A stretch of DNA of 64,000 bases from Cyanidioschyzon merolae. Its lineage: Eukaryota. Location: the NCBI GenBank assembly GCA_000091205.1, contig AP006483.2. The stretch is one strand, 5' to 3'. Below, one piece after another: positions 55,701 through 64,000 of this stretch (the first letter of the stretch is position 1; each line of letters begins with the position of its first letter). The notes beneath the pieces were generated by a model that was not told the DNA's origin, did no database searches, and was given only the letters and a program-made list of their open reading frames with translations. The position numbers and the translations under genes are program-made.

Positions 55701-57783
55701 GGAGCCACCAAGTGCTTCGACGACGGACATGGTGTTGAACGGTCCAGTGCATTTCGCGAGTGGTACGCTACCAAACCACTGAATTGCCCCTGAAGCTAAT
55801 GCTGGCGAAATGCGCATTTGTCCCTTTCTTAAAAACAGCGGTTGCCCTGGTCGAGTACCCCATTCTCCCGAACCGAGTCGCATCGAGTGAAACGAAAATC
55901 CACGCTTCCTGGAATGAACGTTCGCGTTTCAGTGCGAAACTGACAGCGTGTTGTTCGACGCGCGACTCCCTCGCGTAGAGGCGTACGTCTGTTGCGTTAT
56001 CCATCGGTGTCACACCGCTGACATTCGAGTCAACGATACGAAATCTTTGCATCCTATTGTCTCTTTGGTAGTATTTCTTAGAGAATCAGTCATTGGAATG
56101 GACTGACGAGGTGGTCAGTCATGTGCATGGAGCTCTACATATTCTAGTCTGGGTGCCAAACGTCTAGGATGGAGGCAATGAGAAAGCCGGTGTATTCCCC
56201 CGCATCCACTAGAATGACGGACTTGTCAAATTGATGCCGATTTTCGATTGACAACAATGACATTCTAGAATCTTTGCGTGACGTTTCCCCAATGTACAAC
56301 GTGCATTCCCATGCTCGAATACCTGGGCGAAAAGCAAAACAAATACAAAAAAGGCGCCCTGATACTGGTATTCCGGAATTCGATGCCCATTCACTCACGT
56401 GAGCCGCAGGCGTACCCCGAGAGGCGACGGCAAAACAATTCCAGGGTCTGAATGCACCATAGTTTTGCTCCTTTCGAAGCTGCAATCATCCGATTACATA
56501 TCCTATTCGAAGACGCGACTGCACAGTGATGGCAAAGCGAAGCAGCCCCCGAGTCTCTGATGCGCTCCCCCGTAGTGCATCTGGTGCTGCCTTTCGCGTC
56601 TCGGTTTCCAGCATGTGCAACACCAACAACACCAACAACAATACTATGGTAAAAGCGTTTGCTGGCTCGCTCACTTGTACTTAGTTGTTCCATAGCAGTC
56701 CATTCAAACGTCTCGTCGCCAAACGCAGCAAGCCCGAGACACGAGCGACCACGGAACTAGTCCACAGGGAACCGGTTTCACGTCTGGTGAAAGCGTCACC
56801 AGTGGCAGCTAGCGCCAAGGGGGTAATTGATGCAGTGCCTTGCACTGCTCCACGCTCTAGTCGTATGCGGCTCAGAACGTGACTTGCACACCACAAACCA
56901 ATCGGGTAAAGAAGGCTTGCACGGTGGCGCGCATCTCCGTGACTTGTCTCGGAGCACGGACTTTTTCAGTACGCTTGCGAGTAGGATCACGTGCCGGCCA
57001 GCGTCGTACTCTCCGTGCCTGGTCAACAGGAACGCGCTCCAGCAGCGATCAAGACGCCCGAGGCCCGCTTACCGAATACCTCGCTAGCGAGTTGCGGCAC
57101 CAGGTTCCCCGAACCTGCGATCAGGGCTTTGAACCGGAAATGTCTCCCTAATGGCATCAAACTCCCGTTAGGATACCGCAACCGAATTTCTACAAGGTCA
57201 GAAAACTTTCACCCTAACCACCACTGGCGAACTAGCTGTCCAGTCACTGGAGCATACGGCACCGCACCGTGCAGACCAGCGAGTAGTTTGCACCTAGTTC
57301 CGGGAGGCAAGCACAGGAACCGACGCTACAGATGCCGCTCGTTCCCGAGCTTTCTCGAATCCAGGCCCTATGAACACTGTCCCACACCGTGCATCGGTCA
57401 GTGCACTCCCTATGCAACAGCAGTCTCTGACTGCATTCCAGTGAAGTTGCGGACTTGTCGGTTATCGTACGACGTTCGCTGGCGGTATCGACACGGGGCG
57501 GTGCTGCGTTGCGAACGCTTCAACGCAGTGCCCGACAGCGTTCCAGCTAGGGGTTTTCTCATCGGTTCGGGTTTCAATCGACGACTTTTGTTACGAGCGC
57601 GTTGTGCATACGCCGAGAGTCGTAGACCTGCGTACACACAACGAGCACCGCTGCGTCACCGCGGACTGCGAGGAGGCAACGAGGCCTTGCAGGGACCGGG
57701 GGAAGCCCCAGGCCTCAGTCGCCGGCCCAGCAGCGGTACGCTTCGCTCGGGACACACTGGGCACCTGGACTTTGGATGAGGAA

Positions 57784-60204
57784 ATGCCAGCCGAAGAACA
57801 GCACTACTCTTTACATGGACAACTTCCAGGCTCAGTGATGAGCTACGTCTTTCAGCTGGCCGGGGACGCCCTCACAGCGAACCCAGCTGTTCCGCTGCAC
57901 CGCTATGTGCTCGCAGCACAGCGACTCATGCGTGAAGCTGACCGCCAAGGTGCGATGGGCAACCTCCTCATACGGTCAGTCTTACTGGTGCGTTTCGTTC
58001 AGCTCGTTACCAAGACGATGCCGCAGCACCCGGCCTGGTCACAGGAACCAAACCGAGCACTCCGCGAAGCGCTTCGACAGGACGCCAGAGAGGTGCTCAA
58101 CGACCTCGAGCAACTTCGTGCGACGCTGACGGCACAGTGGAATGAAAGCGCCACCGCACCGTCACACACAGAGGTGATGTGTGCGGTTTCAGACACACAC
58201 GCTACCGCAGACAAGCTCGCCGAGGATGAGCAGGCATGCACTGCGGCATCGTCGTCGTCGTCGTTGTTGCCACCAGCACCAGCACCAGCACCAGCACCAG
58301 CACCAGCACCAGCACCAGCACCAGCACCACCATCTACTACTACTACTCCTCCTCCTCCTGTAGCAGTGAATGGATACCAGCAGTCGGGAATCGATGGAAG
58401 CATCGGTGCCGCGGCGGGTGCGGCAGCCCGTGCAGCAGCGCTTCTTGCATCTGGTCAATGTGAACAGGGCAATGACGAACAAACAGTGTCAACAGCGGTA
58501 CTGCCGGGGGTTCCTGCAAACCACAGAGCGCACGTGAGCGCACAGGCACCGGGGATTGCTCAACAAGGCGACCCGAGCTGGTTCGAAACACCCCGGGGAC
58601 GTGCCTACACGGAGCAGCAGTTGCGAAGCCTCATGTCACGCACCCACTTCATTCGCGACATGTTTTGTGAGACCTGGCACGTTGACCCAGAAGAACGAAA
58701 GCAGCGGATGATCTTTTACCTCCTACAACATGCGGATATTCCACCGCATGGCGCAGCGCTGGAAGTCGCGGGTACGATCCTGAACGAGTATCTCTTGGTC
58801 ACAGATTCGCCACGATTGCCTGGACCAGCAAACCCTGGCCCTGGTGGCACAACAGGCTGTCGAAGCGCACTGGAGCAGACGACCTCACAGATTGGTGTCG
58901 ACGACAAGTACCGTGGATCGCTCGCCACAGGAGCACCGCTGCCCCACGGCCTGCTCAACAGACATCCCCGAGCACGTGGCGGTGCAGCGCCAGCCCTGCA
59001 GCGCGATCATCATGAGCTGCCACAGGCGGACGTCAACGCCGTAGTCGAGCGCCCTCGGCACTCTCTGAACCGAATGCAAGTCTTCGCGGATGGCGACACG
59101 AATCAGCACAGCGCTGCAACGGAAACGGCAAGTTTCAGCACGGCCTTCAGCATGCAGTGGTCGATCGATTTCAATGACGTGATTGTTGGACCGAAGATCG
59201 GCTCTGGGGGTTACGGTGAGGTCTTCGTGGGCAGGTACCGAGACCAGCTGGTAGCTATTAAGCATCTCCAGCCGGTGGATGGGGTCGACTCCGCGCAGCT
59301 GCTGCGCTCCTTCCAGGACGAAATGATGCTGATGAGCAAACTTTCGCATCCTAATATTGTCCGTTTTATCGGAGCCTGTATCACGCCTCCGAATCTTTGC
59401 ATCCTGAGCGAATACGTACATGGAGGCACGCTGTATCGCTTACTCCAGAAACGTCGCCAGAGACGACTTGATCCGAATACGGGTGAACCCACCGGCGAGA
59501 CCGTGGTGACGAGTCATCTGCCCTGGTGTGGGATTCTACGCATTGCCCTGGGAATAGCGCGTGGGATGCGGTACCTGCACGCGCAGAGGCCTATAGTCGT
59601 GCACCGGGACCTCAAGTCTCCGAATTGCTTGGTGTTCTCGGCGACCAGTACAATACAGGATGAAGGTGCCGGGGACACGAACGCGGTGCAACGTTCGGCG
59701 CTATCGTCGCCGCAGGCCACCGTGCAGGTGTATGGCGGTCCGATTCGTTCGGATGAGGATTTTGCGGAAATTGATGTGAAGCTCATTGACTTTGGACTCA
59801 GCAGGACGCAGCTCAGGTCGTATATTTCGACCGGAATCGCGGGAACTCCCGAATGGATGGCTCCCGAGGTCATTCGCCAGGACCGGGTCAGTGAGAGCGC
59901 TGATATATTCTCCTTCGGTGTTATACTGTGGGAGCTGGTGACTGGACGCAAGCCCTGGGAGCATCTGACGCAGACCCAGGTAGTCTATCGAGTCGGTTAC
60001 CTGGAAGAGGTGCTTCCGATGCCGCCGGAGACGCACCCGAGCCTGCAAGCGCTCTATGCAGCGGCTTCACAAATGAACCCCGCTAGTCGACCAAAGTTCA
60101 CAGACATCGTTTCGAAACTGGAGCAGCTTTGTAGAGAGAGTGGTGTCTGCACGGAAACCGGTGAGCAACTGATGCGTCGTCGCCAGTTTCAGGAAATGAC
60201 GTGA
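57784..60204 (+). CDS. Serine/threonine protein kinase of Raf/CTR1-like TKL family, with a roughly 480-aa N-terminal regulatory region and a large insert in the kinase domain
   Basis: The kinase domain shows [23 protein letters not shown] (G-loop and VAIK), [36 protein letters not shown] and [12 protein letters not shown]. The ORF opens at 57604; the Met at 57784 (MPAEEQ) is an alternative start. An in-frame poly(PA) run sits in the N-terminal region. Confidence 0.88.
   Translation: [806 protein letters not shown]
58271..58330. repeat. (CACCAG/CCAGCA)n hexanucleotide microsatellite of about 10 units, in frame in the kinase CDS, encoding (PA)n
   Basis: caccagcaccagcacc... read directly. It translates to [21 protein letters not shown]. 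Confidence 0.9.
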
Positions 60205-60810
60205 GTCGAACGAGTCGACTGAGTGCCAGCGCTCTGGGCCCGAGTCCTTTGACGGAGCATCATTGCTTTGAATCTGAGCGGGTCCTGATTCCAAACACGC
60301 GGTTTGCAGGAAACCCGGGCTTCCGTCGTACGACGGCGGGTGAACTCGCTGCATCTGAGCATCTGTTGACACCATCGTGCAGATCATTGGGGAATCATGT
60401 GATGAACGCGGTCAGCCGATGAACGCAGTTTCCTTTTCGTTCGCCGGGGTGTGCCTCGAGCATTTCCTCTGTGACCCGGAGGCGAGACTGCGTACGGACT
60501 GGGATTTCGCAACACACACAGAGGCCTGGAGGCCTCGTCTCGATATGCCCCAACGAATCGCTCAATGGTGCTGTTGGCGGGAATGGATGCTAGCGCGGCA
60601 GTTGGACAAGCGAGCAGCGTGCTATCTCCCAGACGTAATCACGAAACCAGTTGGACGTCCCGGATATCCAGATGCCAGTTCCGAATGCATCAACCAAAGG
60701 TTCTGTCTTCGTCTGGAACGCGAAGCGGCATCGGGACATACGCTCAAACAGCGTGGAGTGTAACGCAGTGGCCTGCAAACGCGCGCTTCTGCACCTGCGC
60801 TCCAGCGCAA

Positions 60811-61242
60811 GTCCACGTGAGCACTAACCCGAAGTTTCAGATGTATGGTCATCTCCGGACGAGCGTGTACGCTTGATGCGAAGCTTTGGATCAGGAACAG
60901 AGTGCGCTTCGCTCGTCTACAGTGGTACAAGTGAGACTCGCGGAACACATCGGAGTCCACGTGAGCACTAACCAGAAGTTTCAGATGCATAGTCATCTCC
61001 GGACGAGCGTGTACGCTTGATGCGAAGCTTTGGATCAGGAACAGAGTGCGCTTCGCTCGTCTACAGTGGTACAAGTGAGACTCGCGGAACACATCGGAGT
61101 CCACGTGAGCACTAACCCGAAGTTTCAGATGTATGGTCATCTCCGGACGAGCGTGTACGCTTGATGCGAAGCTTTGGATCAGGAACAGAGTGCGCTTCGC
61201 TCGTCTACAGTGGTACAAGTGAGACTCGCGGAACACATCGGA
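60811..61242. repeat. 144-bp minisatellite, three near-identical tandem copies, about 600 bp downstream of the kinase stop
   Basis: Units start at 60811, 60955 and 61099 with gtccacgtgagcactaacc(c/a)gaagtttcagatg(t/c)at(g/a)gtcatctccggacgagcgtgtacgcttgatgcgaagctttggatcaggaacagagtgcgcttcgctcgtctacagtggtacaagtgagactcgcggaacacatcggag. The ORF 60622..61236(-) is a translation of the repeat. Confidence 0.9.
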
Positions 61243-62488
61243 GCGCGGGCGATGCCCTAAGCGGTGCTCCCCATGGCGCCGCTGGTGTTTTGTCTGCAGA
61301 ATCCGTTAGAAACAAGCGTAGCACGTTCTTGAGTGCACATTCAGAGGCATCTGCAAGGACGTTGTTGGCATCGTCATTCTACATCTTGCTCGCTCGCTGG
61401 ACAGACTTTCAGGTGCGATCCAGGATGCACGGTTCCGTTCTGGGGCTGCATCCTCGGCATAACCATGGCTCCCAGACAGCAACGAGCGAAGCTCTGAACG
61501 GGCATATGGACATTAGCGCTCGTTATGCGCTCTCCACTGGTGCTTTCGATCGGTCCCCTGGTGACGCACCATTGACGACGCTAACCAGAATACGCTTGTC
61601 GCCATCGATGACTCATTGCTGGTCCGGAATCACCGCTCACCGAACGCGAATACGCTGTATCCACACCAGATGATCAGCGTGACGGCCAGGAACTGGGTCA
61701 TGCTCGGCAGTATCGTTTCAATCACGCTCAGCTGTTTTGAGTCGCAGCATCTTCGAATTGCGACGTAGGGCTGTCTTTATGTACTGACTCGATTCACACA
61801 AGTTGCAAACAGGAAGAAGATGAAATGTTTGCTTCGCCAAATAGTAGTAAAACGCCTTTCTATTGTGGTGAATGTCCAGGCAATACGCTAGTTCGTCGAA
61901 GTTTCCTTTGATGCCTGTTTCGGTCACGTTGGCTGCTCACCGGAGGCCAGCACGGTACCGTCCGAAGCGACGCCGAGCACCAGCGGTGCCGCTCTACGCG
62001 TTACCAACCGGCTGTTCGTCGTGGACTTGCACGCGAACATGCCACGTGATCTGGAACTTGAACGCGTTCAGCGCTTCATAGCTGACACGCGAACATCAGC
62101 ACCGATCAGCTGTGTTGTCTATGCGGAAAGAACAGGCTATCGATCGGTACGCTCGAGCTGCGGCACCCTCGAAGCCAGTGAGTGCTCAGCGCGTCCGCAG
62201 GGGCCGCCTCTCAGCACGGGTGTGCTCCATCGCTGATCCCCAGGCACATATAACCTGAACAAAAGCAGCACTTCTAGCGTCTACTCTTGTATTGATGGGT
62301 GTTCCGTCTTGAGCAGTGAGCGTCGTCACGAGCCCCTAACACAACCTGGTGAAGACGACGTTCCGCAGCGTTCGCAGGTCCCTGGAGGCGTCCCGCAGAA
62401 GCCAGCGTGCGTCCCGACAAGCAGAAACGCCTCCTGGGTCTTTGTTCGACTTTTGCAGGAGGTTGCCAGGCCTCGTTGAACGGGGGCG

Positions 62489-63949
62489 ATGTTCTGTTTG
62501 ACGAGCGCCCATCCAGGTACACAATGGGTACCTCAGTCTATACAAGCGTGTCCTGGACAACAACCTCGGAGAAGAGCGCCGTGTAGAGAGCGCATCGCTG
62601 GACTGGTTGTGAGGCCCCAGCCGCAGCGGCAAGCGGTTGCCACGGTGCTACGAGCCGCTTCCCGTGGAGCATTCACCGGTCCGGGGTTAACTGAATGCAC
62701 CTTCCTGGTGCATTCATTGAACGTCACCAACGTCCAACAGCGAAATCGAACTGCGTCACGAGCGTCCGCCAACACGTGCCGGTGTTGTACCGGTGCCGTA
62801 GAGCCTGTCGACGAGCCGAGCGCCCGTCGTGATGAGCCCAAGCGCTCACCGGGAACACCACCTTTCACTGACGCTCTGCGTACGCGTAGCTTTCTTGGTC
62901 TATCGTCGCTGACACTAGCCCGGCTTGCACTTGTTGGTACAACGCTGGTCTGGGCTGCGAACAACGTCCTGGTGAAGAAGCTCTATCGACTCGGCTTGCA
63001 GCCGGGCATGGTTACAGCAGTGCGGTTTTCGCTTTCGGCTTTGGTCTTGTCGCCGTTTGCAACCTGGCAGGCTTTGCGACCTGCCCTCGGCCTATCTATG
63101 ACCTCTTTTGCTGGCAATGCTTCCTTAGCGCTTTCACTTCGATTCACGAGCACGGGCAGGGCCTCATTCTTCGCAGCGATGTCGGTCGCTGTGACGCCGT
63201 TGTTAGAGTTGCTGCTCTACGGCAGTCCACTTCGCCCAGGTTTCCTGACAGCGTCTTCGCTCTGCGTCATTGGTGTTTTCCTCATGTCCAGGGAAAGTCT
63301 GCTGCAAGTCCGACTTGGACAGCAGACAGGCCTCGCCAGCGAGACTGGGGCTGGGCTCGCCTCCTGCGGTGCGCTCCGCGGAGACATGCTGGCGCTCTTG
63401 GCGGCTTTTTGGTTCGCACTCTATAACGTTCGACTCAGTCGAGAAGCGCCAAAGCACCGCACGGAAGCATTGAGTTCCTCACTTCGAGTCTGGACGGCTT
63501 GTTTCTCGACAATCTGGGCCTGTTTCGAGATTGTGCTTGGCAAGCATGCAGCACCCACAGGAGCGCATTCCTCCGCTAAGGTCACTGTCGACGGCGGTTC
63601 TGGTGCTCTGCTCGCTACCTTGAGTATCATTCGCGAAGCGGTGCGTTCCCTGTTTACCCGCCTCCATCAAGGTGGAATCACAGCTTACCTCGGCCTAGCT
63701 GCGCTAGCAGTGCTCGTGATTGTTGGCGCCTACTTTCAGGTCTATGGGCAGCAGCGCATCTCAAGTCAAGAGGCAGCGGTGCTGTATACATTGAATCCCA
63801 TATGGGCTGGATTGGCAGGGTATCTGTTTCTGGCGGAGACCTTCACTTTGGAGCAGGGGCTGGGCGGCCTATGCATTCTGTTCGGCTGCCTTGCTGCACG
63901 ACGGCAGCAGCAGCAGCGCTCGCCTGTGACGAGCATTCCCAGAAAGTAA
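62489..63949 (+). CDS. Membrane transporter of the drug/metabolite transporter (DMT) superfamily with two EamA-like domains. It has a long N-terminal extension that could be a targeting peptide
   Basis: About 10 predicted TM segments. The C-terminal EamA signature is ISSQEAAVLYTLNPIWAGLAGYLFLAETFTLEQGLGGLCILFG. The first repeat is LALVGTTLVWAANNVLVKKLY...VTAVRFSLSALVL. Confidence 0.7.
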   Translation: MFCLTSAHPGTQWVPQSIQACPGQQPRRRAPCRERIAGLVVRPQPQRQAVATVLRAASRGAFTGPGLTECTFLVHSLNVTNVQQRNRTASRASANTCRCCTGAVEPVDEPSARRDEPKRSPGTPPFTDALRTRSFLGLSSLTLARLALVGTTLVWAANNVLVKKLYRLGLQPGMVTAVRFSLSALVLSPFATWQALRPALGLSMTSFAGNASLALSLRFTSTGRASFFAAMSVAVTPLLELLLYGSPLRPGFLTASSLCVIGVFLMSRESLLQVRLGQQTGLASETGAGLASCGALRGDMLALLAAFWFALYNVRLSREAPKHRTEALSSSLRVWTACFSTIWACFEIVLGKHAAPTGAHSSAKVTVDGGSGALLATLSIIREAVRSLFTRLHQGGITAYLGLAALAVLVIVGAYFQVYGQQRISSQEAAVLYTLNPIWAGLAGYLFLAETFTLEQGLGGLCILFGCLAARRQQQQRSPVTSIPRK

Positions 63950-64000
63950 ACGCTGAACGACTGCATGCTCCGTTCTTGGTCAACGTTAGTATTACTATTG

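Noticed and set aside
58181-58482. Alternate-frame ORFs giving poly-HQ, poly-L or poly-CW peptides.
   Set aside because: These are out-of-frame translations of the (CACCAG)n microsatellite. The real frame encodes (PA)n within the kinase.
8220-61242. Tandem repeat arrays at 8220-8495, 17844-17997, 29910-30047 and 60811-61242 considered as CRISPR arrays.
   Set aside because: The units are 69-144 bp and directly adjacent with no unique spacers. The context is eukaryotic nuclear DNA, so these are minisatellites.
1-64000. Prokaryotic operon-style interpretation with Shine-Dalgarno sites and rho-independent terminators.
   Set aside because: The gene content is unambiguously eukaryotic (MADS, condensin II, MOB1, Mediator-like, NDUFA8), and genes are separated by kb-scale spacers, so no bacterial-type signals were annotated.

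Overview
This window looks like intron-poor nuclear DNA from a eukaryote, with roughly 55-60% GC. That reading is an inference from the kinds of proteins encoded, not from any marker sequence. The long ORFs on both strands translate into recognisable eukaryotic proteins, each as a single uninterrupted ORF: a BLM/Sgs1-type RecQ helicase, a MEF2-type MADS-box factor, deoxyhypusine synthase, MOB1, NDUFA8, a condensin-II G2-like HEAT protein, a Raf/TKL-like protein kinase, an EamA/DMT transporter, a possible MED15/KIX protein, and two proteins that resemble plastid-lineage DUF families (DUF1350-like and DUF3326-like, both recalled from memory). Genes are separated by kb-scale intergenic DNA that carries tandem minisatellites and microsatellites. 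Two features stand out. First, the deoxyhypusine synthase gene sits inside a roughly 6.1 kb unit bounded by near-identical (about 99%) inverted repeats of about 1.37 kb. Second, two diverged, frameshifted copies of a dispersed element encode a basic protein whose conserved motif RDFNAAINIRR resembles the RuvC-III motif of TnpB/Fanzor nucleases. No rRNA, tRNA or CRISPR could be supported by eye. I could not run any searches, so all homology calls rest on recalled motifs and family sequences.
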